A stretch of 62,052 nucleotides of DNA from a virus (lineage: Duplodnaviria > Caudoviricetes). The notes beneath the pieces were generated by a model that was given only the letters and a program-made list of their open reading frames with translations, did no database searches and had not been told where the DNA came from. Each line of letters begins with the position of its first letter. Positions within the stretch are counted from its first letter, which is position 1. Where the stretch lies: IMG/VR virus record IMGVR_UViG_3300017766_002106, positions 1 to 62,052 of that record. One strand, given 5' to 3'. The position numbers and the translations under genes were made by a program. Of the stretch, positions 15,845-24,073 are shown one piece after another.

Positions 15845-18751
15845 ATGGCAGTCGAGGATCCTACTAAAAAACAAATAGAAGAAGTAGATCCTGAGGTTGC
15901 CAAAATTCTTGGGTTAGAGGATAGTTTCGACCTTGATCAAGAAGAATATTTAACTCTTCTCAAAGAGAAGATGGTCGAAGCAAGAATGAATGAGAGTAAG
16001 TTTTCATCGGAACAGGCGATGAAAATTACTGAGGAATATAAAAAAGTAAAAGGTGCAAAAGGAACTAAATTTACTGCAGCAAAAAAAGGAATAAATGTAG
16101 ATTCTTTTTTTAATAAGAAACCTCAGGGTGAAGGATCAAATCAAAAACCAGTCACAGATCCTGCAAAGTTATTGCCAGGTTCTGGAGGTGCTTTGGCAAA
16201 TTATCAACCACCAGAACCAGAACCAGAACAAGAAAAACAGGTAGATAATAATTCAAAAAAGATTGGAGAAATAGAAAAGTTTTTAAATGGATCTCTACTT
16301 GATATTGTAAAAGAAATTAGAGGATTGACCGAGAGTATCCTTTCTATATTACAAAAACAGTCTTCTGCTGATAAAAAGGGATCAGAATTATCAAGAAGAG
16401 AAAGAGAGAAGACTGGAAAGGAAGGTAAGGAGAAAGATTTAGAAGGCAAGAAGGAAGAGAAAAAGGGTTTAGGACTAATCAATAAAATTCTTAAACCCTT
16501 TACGAGTATCTTTGATACGATTAAGAATTTTATAATGATGGTTCTTCTTGGATCTTTGGTTAATTGGTTATTTACTGTCTTACAAAATCCAATGACATTA
16601 CTCAAACCTATACAGGGTTTGATTGATGGTATAACTGGTTTCTTTAATACAGTTATACAATTTATTGATAAGATGGTTGTTCAACCGGTGAGAAATTTTA
16701 TTGATGCAATTAATTCTGCATTGAATGGTTTTATTGGTCTTTTGAATGGTGCATTAAAAATGCTTCCAGGTTCCCCTCAAATAGGGTCTGCGAATATTCC
16801 TAACATTCCACAAGCTCCAGAACTTCAAGCACCCAATATTACTGGTGAACCAAAGAACCCAGAACCTAAACCAACTGCAGGTCCACCAATTAATCTTAAA
16901 TTTACTGGTGGAGAAGTTAGACCTCCAAAAGTAGTAAAAAAAGAAACTGGTGGATCTATTCCAGGAAATGCAGCAGATAAGAAAAAATTATCTTTTAATG
17001 ATACAGTTTCAAGAGAGGGTGGAAATGTATCTTCTAAAACTACTTCATTCAATGTTTCTGGTCTAGGTCCCGATAAACATCTAACTGCTCTTTCAACTGG
17101 AGAATATGTATTAAAGAAAGGTGCTGCTGATTGGTTGGGTGGTCCAGTATATCTTGATAATATCAATAAAATATTTGGTGGAACAACTGAAAGAAGAGTT
17201 GCTAATCTTGGAGATATTAAAATTGAAGCGAAGTCGACTGGAGGTCAGATTGGTGGATTTAGTGGTTCCAATGGTGCTAGAGGATCTAGTGGTTCCAATG
17301 GTTCCAATGGTGCTAGAGGATCTGGTGGATCTAGTGGTTCTAATGGTTACAATGGTGCTAGAGGATCTGGTGGATCTAGTGGTTCCAATGGTGCTAGAGG
17401 ATCTGGTGGATCTAGTGGTTCCGATGGTGCTAGAGGATCCAGTGGTGCTAGTAGTTCTGGAGGTTCTTCAAATGGATTTAAGATTGGTGATAGAATTTTT
17501 AGCCCGACAGAATATAGTAAGAATGTAATATCAACTCGTTATATTACAATTGGTAAAAATCCTCCAAAATCATATGTTCTTGGATATGTTAGGGATAGTG
17601 CAAGTAGTGGAAAATATACTATTAAAATGGTCAATAAACTAGTGTCTTCTGCTGGATTGGGAAAGTTAGTTGGAAAAAGCGACAAATTAACCGGAGTTCT
17701 TCCCTCAAGTCCAGAAGGACAATCTATTTTAAAATCTGCAAACGTTGCTGATTATTTTAGAACTGTAGTTGGCACTGCAAAAATGTTTAAACTTGAATTG
17801 AAATATGATAAAGATGCGGATATTCAATATTGGTATAATCAAGCATATCAAACACATTATAATGATTGGAAGGATAAATTAGGAGTATCTGATGAAAAGG
17901 CTAAGCAGATGGCATCAGTTGCTGCTGCTGAATTTGCAATATCTAAATCTAAAGGATCTAAAGGGTCTTGGTTGCCTGGATCACCACAATCCAAAGCTCC
18001 TGAGTCTTTAAGATATCAAGGTGTTGAAACTGATAATCTATCAGGACCTGAATCTACAGACTCTTCGGCAGCAGATGCTCCTAAAGACGATAAAACATTA
18101 AAATTTGATGATTCTGCTTTAACCTCAGGAACAATCTATGGAGACCCTGCAAAAGATTCTTATGTAACCCCATCTGCCCCGTTGATTCCTACTAGATCTG
18201 AATCTAGAAATCCTCAAAGTGAAACTGGAGAACCTAAAAAATCAACCCAATCTCAACCATCATCACCATTAATTCCTTCTGCACCGACATCATCTTCATC
18301 ATTGTCAGAAGATCAACTTAATAAAATGTCGGTGGATCAATTGAGTAAAATGTTAGATCCATCAAAAGTTGGAGCATCTAATCCAGCAGTTTTTGAAGCT
18401 GCTACAAGAGCTAGAGAAGAGGGTAAAGCACAAGGTCTTACTGGGGAAGTATTAGAAAAGAAAGTATTAATAGCATCTATTTTAGCAAAGAAAGGTGGAT
18501 CATCATCTGCTGTTTCTTCACCTACAACTTCTCCTTCTATAGCACCTGGGAAACCACCTAATATACCAGGTGTTCCCGAAAGTCAACCAAGTGTATCTAT
18601 GTTGCCACTACCATCTGTTGGGAAAGGAGGAAACCCACAATCAGGAATGACAAAAACTGGATCAACACCTGTTGTTTATTTTAATTCTTATGACAGTAGT
18701 GAGGCTGCTATAATTACAACCGCAGCTCTTTATAACATCTGGGGAATGTAG
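15845..18751 (+). CDS. Large tape-measure/baseplate hub-like virion protein
   Basis: Helical Lys/Glu-rich N-half; GLGPDKHLTALSTGEYVLKKGA motif typical of tape-measure C-termini; directly follows gp26/gp51. Confidence 0.6.
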   Translation: MAVEDPTKKQIEEVDPEVAKILGLEDSFDLDQEEYLTLLKEKMVEARMNESKFSSEQAMKITEEYKKVKGAKGTKFTAAKKGINVDSFFNKKPQGEGSNQKPVTDPAKLLPGSGGALANYQPPEPEPEQEKQVDNNSKKIGEIEKFLNGSLLDIVKEIRGLTESILSILQKQSSADKKGSELSRREREKTGKEGKEKDLEGKKEEKKGLGLINKILKPFTSIFDTIKNFIMMVLLGSLVNWLFTVLQNPMTLLKPIQGLIDGITGFFNTVIQFIDKMVVQPVRNFIDAINSALNGFIGLLNGALKMLPGSPQIGSANIPNIPQAPELQAPNITGEPKNPEPKPTAGPPINLKFTGGEVRPPKVVKKETGGSIPGNAADKKKLSFNDTVSREGGNVSSKTTSFNVSGLGPDKHLTALSTGEYVLKKGAADWLGGPVYLDNINKIFGGTTERRVANLGDIKIEAKSTGGQIGGFSGSNGARGSSGSNGSNGARGSGGSSGSNGYNGARGSGGSSGSNGARGSGGSSGSDGARGSSGASSSGGSSNGFKIGDRIFSPTEYSKNVISTRYITIGKNPPKSYVLGYVRDSASSGKYTIKMVNKLVSSAGLGKLVGKSDKLTGVLPSSPEGQSILKSANVADYFRTVVGTAKMFKLELKYDKDADIQYWYNQAYQTHYNDWKDKLGVSDEKAKQMASVAAAEFAISKSKGSKGSWLPGSPQSKAPESLRYQGVETDNLSGPESTDSSAADAPKDDKTLKFDDSALTSGTIYGDPAKDSYVTPSAPLIPTRSESRNPQSETGEPKKSTQSQPSSPLIPSAPTSSSSLSEDQLNKMSVDQLSKMLDPSKVGASNPAVFEAATRAREEGKAQGLTGEVLEKKVLIASILAKKGGSSSAVSSPTTSPSIAPGKPPNIPGVPESQPSVSMLPLPSVGKGGNPQSGMTKTGSTPVVYFNSYDSSEAAIITTAALYNIWGM
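17261..17460 (+). repeat. Coding tandem repeat GSGGSSGSNGAR (about 36-nt unit)
   Basis: ggatctggtggatctagtggttccaatggtgctaga repeated about 5 times with variants. Confidence 0.9.
18122..18148 (+). repeat. TSGTIYGDP repeat, copy 1 (others at 21734-21760 and 22244-22270)
   Basis: 20-nt core TCAGGAACAATCTATGGAGA identical in all three copies. Confidence 0.9.
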
Positions 18752-18763
18752 GGGGATAGATAG

Positions 18764-21700
18764 ATGCTTCCTTTATTACTTGGCGCAGGAAGAATGTTAG
18801 CAGCAGGAGCAGCAAGGGGTGCTGCTACAGGGGCAGCAAGAGGAGCAATTGTTGGAGGAATTAAAGAGACTGTAAAGAAAGGTATTGTTGATGGGGCAAA
18901 GAAAAAAGCGACCTCATTTATTAAGAAAAAAACTACCAAAGCTAATAAGAAAATATCTCCAGATAAATTAATACCAAAAGGAAGTAAGGGTAGTGGCACT
19001 GGAGCATTAGTTCGTCGTAAGTCATCTGCAATTGTTCGTCGTCCAACTTCTGCTCTTGTTAAACCCGTCGATAAAGAAACTGGGGTAGAAGAAAAGCAAC
19101 AAAAAGAAGAACAAAAACCCTTTGATGGTGGAGATCTAATCAAGGAATTAATTGCAATCAAAGAAACTTTGATTAAAATTAAAGGAGTTTTTGGATCTAA
19201 TTTAGCAAATACTTTAAGAAATCAAAGAAGTCAAAGAATTCTTAGAAGTAAAGAAAAGGCATCTAAGAGAGAGGCAGAATTAGAGAAAAAAGGTCCTGAG
19301 AAAAAAGGTAAGATATTAGAGGGTCCTAAAAAGAAACTAAGTTTCTTTGATATGATTTGGAATTATATTAGTAATGTTTTATTAGGAAGTCTTGCAAATT
19401 TCTTATTTAATTATGTTCCTCAGATTATTAAAATGTTTGGGGAAATTGCTAAAGGTCTTGAAAATCCTTTACAGCAATTAAGATTAGGAATAATTGCTCT
19501 CACAACTTTATTCCCGAAACAAATTAAGTTTCTTGCTAAACTGACGGGGATGATCATTGGTCCTCCTGCAAGATTGATAGGAAAACTTTTATTAAAAGCA
19601 GGAGGAGTCGCTAAGAACTTATTTAAGAAAGCAGGAACTCTTGTTTTTAATTTAATTAAGGGACCTCTTACAAATTTAGTAAAGAGAATTGGTGGAGAAG
19701 CATTAGAGCAAGGTATAAAATCAACTGCTAAAGGTGCTGTTAAATTTGCAGGAAAAGCAGCAGCAAAAGCAGGTACTGCTATAGGAACTAGTGCTAGATT
19801 TTTAAAACGATTTAGAGCATTTTCTAAAATGTTTAAAAGAGTTCCAGTTATTGGGGCTTTGATTGGCATTGGTATTGATTTAGCATTAGGGGAACCTTTA
19901 GACCGTGCTGTTGTTGGAGCAATAGGAGCATCTTTAGGTACTGCAATAGGTGGAGCAATTGGAACAGGTGTTATTCCAATTCCTGGTCTTGGTGCTCTTG
20001 TTGGTGGTGCTATTGGTGGTGCTATTGGTGATTGGGGGGCAAAAGAAATTTATAAAAATTTGTCAGGAAGAACTGGTCCAGTTGATAAGGCAAACCCAAT
20101 TCCCGTTGAACGTCGTTATGCTGCAGGTAGAGTTGGTGGTGGTTCTAGATCTATGCCAAGTAGGACTACCAATATACAACCAAAACCTGCAGTAGCAACA
20201 ACTAAAGTTTCTGCCGATGTTGAAAGTAAGGCAAAGGAAGATATTCTTAAGGATGAGAAAAGTTTAAACAGATTTAAATCTCTCTCATCAACTTTTGCAG
20301 GAACTCCATTTATTGGTCAGTTATTGAAGATGGGTATTGATATTGGAATGGGAGCACAAGTTCAAAAGACACAGACTGATGCTGCTGCTCAAGACCTTGG
20401 ATTTACTATTGGTAAAGCATTAGAAGATGATGAGTTTTCAGTTCCTGGTTTAAACAGAAGAATTATTGGACCTTTATCTAAGAATTTAACTGAGTGGGCA
20501 AAGAAAAGAATATTTTATGAAGTAAAATCAAGAGAAGGATTGTTCCCTTCTATTGAAAAGAGTGAAGGTGAAAAGAGCAAAGAGGGATTTAAAACAACAT
20601 CTGGAGAAAAAACACCGGCAGTTGATGGTGCATTAAGTGCTGCAGATTTAGAAACAATTAAAGCATCTTCTGCAGATAAACGGGCGGCCGCTCACTTGGC
20701 AACATTGGAAGCAAGTGCTCCACAACACGTTTCTGATGTCTATCAAGTTATTTTGAATAGAGCAGCAAAACAAAGTGGAGGTATTCCTGCAGTTATTACT
20801 GCTAAAGAGCAGTTTAGCCCATATTCTGCAGCAATTTATGGGACAAGTGCAGATGCTGCAGCTGCAAGCAAGTATGGACCTCTTAAGATATCTAAAAAAG
20901 AATTATTTGAATTGGCAGGAAAATCTGATGGAATACAACAATTAACAAATCGATTTAAAGCAGGAAATCCTAAGATTGCTGCTCAGGTTCTTTCTGATTT
21001 TGAAACAGGTGGATCATTGTCAAAAGCATCAAAACAGTTTGTTGGAGGTGCTCAGTATTTTATGGGATATGCAACTAAAGTTTCTGGCGAAAGAAGAAGA
21101 CCTGATGGTGGAAATTATTTTAGAGATAATTATGGAGGTGGTTATGGATTTAATCATCACGCACTTCCGTTTTTTGCTATGGGAGGAAACCATACCGTTA
21201 CTTCTGGAATGGGAATGAGAAACTTTGCATTATCTCCTGGTATGCATATGGGAGTTGACATTGCGGGATCCACTGGAGAACCTTTGCAAGCATTTACTGA
21301 TGGAACTGTTGAAGCAACCTCTCCACCATCACCTTCTGCCGGTTATGGAAATTGGGTGAGTTGGATTGACAGTAGTGGTATCGGACATTTTTATGGTCAT
21401 ATGAATAAACCACCTTCTGTAAAGGCAGGGCAAAAGGTAAAGAAAGGGACTGTTCTTGGAGAACTTGGAAGCACTGGTAAATCTTCAGGACCTCACCTTC
21501 ACTGGGAAGCAGCAACAAATCCAAGAGACACTGGAATGCCCAAGAATGCAGTTCTCTCAAGATTTAATCCATTATCAAAGTATAATAAAGAAGCTCCTTT
21601 CGGTGGAACTATTAAATCCGATGGTTCTGTTCCAGAAAGTTCAGGAACTTCATCCAACCACGATGCAGCACCTGGTTCAACTTCTCCAGGAACTTCGAGT

Positions 21701-22507
21701 TCAAATCAATTATCTTTCTCTGATAGTGCTCTGACTTCAGGAACAATCTATGGAGATCCTGCTAAGGGTGGTGGATCTGGAACTAGAGGTAAAATCGTAG
21801 AATACTTAACTGGAGATCCTAATAGTCCTAACATTGCAGGAAAAGCATATGATAGGGCAGGACACGGAACACCTGGCAATTATCACGATCACGTTGCCTT
21901 TAATGATCGTCAGACTGCAATAGATGCTTATAAATTCTTTAAATCAAAAGGTGTAGATGTCACTGAATTTAAAGGATTTGGTAGTGTTGGTGGCCACGCA
22001 ACAAATTCTTATCATTATTCCGGTTTAGCATTTGATATTCCAGGATATCAATGGGGTGGAAGTGGTCCTGTTGGTGATAAAGATTATGCTGGGTCAAGAA
22101 AAGTTAGAGCACTTCTAAATGAATTTTTTGGAGGATCAATACCTGTTGGAAGTGGACCTCCTCCTTCAGATATTGCTCAAGGATCTCAACCAAATGCAGA
22201 TGGGTCGAATAATGGAGGATTACAGTTCTCTGAATCTGATTTAACTTCAGGAACAATCTATGGAGATCCATCAAAAGAATTCTATAAAAAGGAGATGGCA
22301 AATATTGATCAACTCAAACAAAAACCATCTTATGATCAGAGTGGAAAACAAAGTATAGTTATGTTGCCACCTATGCAGGCACAATCAGCAGCAGGACAAT
22401 CTGGTGGTGGTAGGGGCATTTCACCTATTTCTGGTGGGTTAAATAATAAAGAAGTTTCCGCGCTTTCTGTTCGTCAAATTCTAGCATCAGCACTTTATAA
22501 AATTTAA
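18764..22507 (+). CDS. Tape-measure-like virion protein with cell-wall hydrolase-like, M23 peptidase and putative M15-like peptidase modules
   Basis: Gly/Ala-rich hydrophobic N-half; VYQVILNRAA...VITAKEQFSPY; HMGVDIAG...FYGHM...GPHLHWE (M23); GGHATNSYHYSGLAFDIP. Confidence 0.8.
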   Translation: MLPLLLGAGRMLAAGAARGAATGAARGAIVGGIKETVKKGIVDGAKKKATSFIKKKTTKANKKISPDKLIPKGSKGSGTGALVRRKSSAIVRRPTSALVKPVDKETGVEEKQQKEEQKPFDGGDLIKELIAIKETLIKIKGVFGSNLANTLRNQRSQRILRSKEKASKREAELEKKGPEKKGKILEGPKKKLSFFDMIWNYISNVLLGSLANFLFNYVPQIIKMFGEIAKGLENPLQQLRLGIIALTTLFPKQIKFLAKLTGMIIGPPARLIGKLLLKAGGVAKNLFKKAGTLVFNLIKGPLTNLVKRIGGEALEQGIKSTAKGAVKFAGKAAAKAGTAIGTSARFLKRFRAFSKMFKRVPVIGALIGIGIDLALGEPLDRAVVGAIGASLGTAIGGAIGTGVIPIPGLGALVGGAIGGAIGDWGAKEIYKNLSGRTGPVDKANPIPVERRYAAGRVGGGSRSMPSRTTNIQPKPAVATTKVSADVESKAKEDILKDEKSLNRFKSLSSTFAGTPFIGQLLKMGIDIGMGAQVQKTQTDAAAQDLGFTIGKALEDDEFSVPGLNRRIIGPLSKNLTEWAKKRIFYEVKSREGLFPSIEKSEGEKSKEGFKTTSGEKTPAVDGALSAADLETIKASSADKRAAAHLATLEASAPQHVSDVYQVILNRAAKQSGGIPAVITAKEQFSPYSAAIYGTSADAAAASKYGPLKISKKELFELAGKSDGIQQLTNRFKAGNPKIAAQVLSDFETGGSLSKASKQFVGGAQYFMGYATKVSGERRRPDGGNYFRDNYGGGYGFNHHALPFFAMGGNHTVTSGMGMRNFALSPGMHMGVDIAGSTGEPLQAFTDGTVEATSPPSPSAGYGNWVSWIDSSGIGHFYGHMNKPPSVKAGQKVKKGTVLGELGSTGKSSGPHLHWEAATNPRDTGMPKNAVLSRFNPLSKYNKEAPFGGTIKSDGSVPESSGTSSNHDAAPGSTSPGTSSSNQLSFSDSALTSGTIYGDPAKGGGSGTRGKIVEYLTGDPNSPNIAGKAYDRAGHGTPGNYHDHVAFNDRQTAIDAYKFFKSKGVDVTEFKGFGSVGGHATNSYHYSGLAFDIPGYQWGGSGPVGDKDYAGSRKVRALLNEFFGGSIPVGSGPPPSDIAQGSQPNADGSNNGGLQFSESDLTSGTIYGDPSKEFYKKEMANIDQLKQKPSYDQSGKQSIVMLPPMQAQSAAGQSGGGRGISPISGGLNNKEVSALSVRQILASALYKI

Positions 22508-22512
22508 GATTA

Positions 22513-23856
22513 ATGTCAAATCAACAGGTTAATGCTTCCGATATTAAAACATTTACTATCTTTCCTACCAATGGAGATGATAAAGATAAGGGAGTTGATA
22601 TTGTATCCTTAATTCAAGAGTTGAAATATTATGAAAATGTTCTATCAAACTCATTATCTTTGAGTGTTATTGTTGCAGATAGTGGAGGATTGGAACTTTA
22701 TAAAGATAATATGATAGGTATTTTGGACGGAATACCTATTAGAGGTGGAGAAAGGGTTGCTATAGAATTTTCAGATTCTCAAGAGAAAGAAACTACTTTA
22801 TCTTTTGGCACTCATAGTTTTTATATTAATAGAATTAAAAACGTTAATCCTGGAACATCCAACGATGTTTTTATCTTGGAATTATGCACAAGAGAATTTT
22901 TGGCGAATGAACAATCCAGAGTTGTTAAAAGATATGATGGAAAAATATCTGACAGTATTAGAACAATACTGACTGACCCAAAAGGTCTGAAGACAAAGAA
23001 AAATTTGGATATCGATGCAACAGTTCTTCCATATAACTTTATAGGAAATGACAGAAAACCTTTCTATATTTGCACTTGGTTAGCATCTAAAAGTGTTCCA
23101 GAAGCATCCGGAAAAATTAATGGTGCTGCTGGTTATTTCTTTTTTGAAACATATGACGGATTTAAATTTAAATCGATTGATGTTTTACTTTCCCAACCAC
23201 CAAAGGATAGGAAAAAATTTGTTTATACAAACGCACCAAATATAGAAGGGCCAACAGATTATACTACAAAAATTACATATGTTTCTATTGAAAGAGATAT
23301 GGATTTGCAACAAAATCTTTTGATGGGAACTTATGCAAATCGTAGTTTGTTCTTTGATTTTTATGCAATGGATTATGAAATAAGAAATTATAATTTAAAG
23401 AACGATCAGAAGGATAAAATTAAACCCGCAGAAGATAATATATTATTTGTTCCTGATGAATTTACCCAAACTCCATCAAGATTTATGAATTTACTTCTGG
23501 ATCTTGGAGCATTGCCATCTGGAGAAACGCCAGACAAACAACTTGAAACTTGGAAAAATAATCCTAAGCAACCTAACTTTGATGCACCAAAGACAATGGT
23601 TCAGGCAATTATGAGATATAATCAACTATATACAATTAAGACTAATATTGTTATTCCCGGTGACTTTAGTCTTAGGGCAGGTGATATAATTGAATGTGAC
23701 TTCCCTGATTTGGATAAGAAGAAAACCAAAGAACCAAATAAAGAGACAAAAGGATTTTATTTAATTGCTAGTTTATGTCATAGGATTACACCAAATGATA
23801 CTTATACAAGTTTAACACTCGTTCGTGATTCGTTCAACAGCACTACCATCAAGTAA
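22513..23856 (+). CDS. Baseplate hub protein (gp27/late control D-like)
   Basis: YYENV, PIRGGE, YFFFETYDGFKFKSID, IPGDFSLRAGD, YLIASLCH, TSLTLVRDS; upstream of gp5. Confidence 0.65.
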   Translation: MSNQQVNASDIKTFTIFPTNGDDKDKGVDIVSLIQELKYYENVLSNSLSLSVIVADSGGLELYKDNMIGILDGIPIRGGERVAIEFSDSQEKETTLSFGTHSFYINRIKNVNPGTSNDVFILELCTREFLANEQSRVVKRYDGKISDSIRTILTDPKGLKTKKNLDIDATVLPYNFIGNDRKPFYICTWLASKSVPEASGKINGAAGYFFFETYDGFKFKSIDVLLSQPPKDRKKFVYTNAPNIEGPTDYTTKITYVSIERDMDLQQNLLMGTYANRSLFFDFYAMDYEIRNYNLKNDQKDKIKPAEDNILFVPDEFTQTPSRFMNLLLDLGALPSGETPDKQLETWKNNPKQPNFDAPKTMVQAIMRYNQLYTIKTNIVIPGDFSLRAGDIIECDFPDLDKKKTKEPNKETKGFYLIASLCHRITPNDTYTSLTLVRDSFNSTTIK

Positions 23857-23857
23857 A

Positions 23858-24073
23858 ATGGACAGAACACTTCAGCAACATATTAATGATGATCTTGATG
23901 AATTAAATAACCCAACTACTAGTGGTCAACGTCGTCGTCATCTTGAAGAAGAAGTTGAGGCACTTGAACAGTATCAAGTAAATCATCCTGATGAAAATTA
24001 TGATCCAACACCATTAGAGCTATATTGCGATTCTAACCCAAGTGCCTTAGAGTGTAGAGTATACGATGATTGA
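23858..24073 (+). CDS. cp12: CP12 Calvin-cycle inhibitor
   Basis: C-terminal LELYCDSNPSALECRVYDD is the CP12 signature; start ATG 23858. Confidence 0.92.
   Translation: MDRTLQQHINDDLDELNNPTTSGQRRRHLEEEVEALEQYQVNHPDENYDPTPLELYCDSNPSALECRVYDD

Noticed and set aside
17121-17528. Alternative-frame ORFs with repetitive sequence (VVPMVLEDL; also 25876-26070, 53153-54217, 55037-55237)
   Set aside because: Off-frame or antisense translations of coding tandem repeats
18749-18766. Stop-codon readthrough joining the two in-frame tape-measure-like ORFs
   Set aside because: Same frame, but two TAG stops intervene (TAG GGG GAT AGA TAG ATG) and a G-rich SD-like run precedes the second ATG
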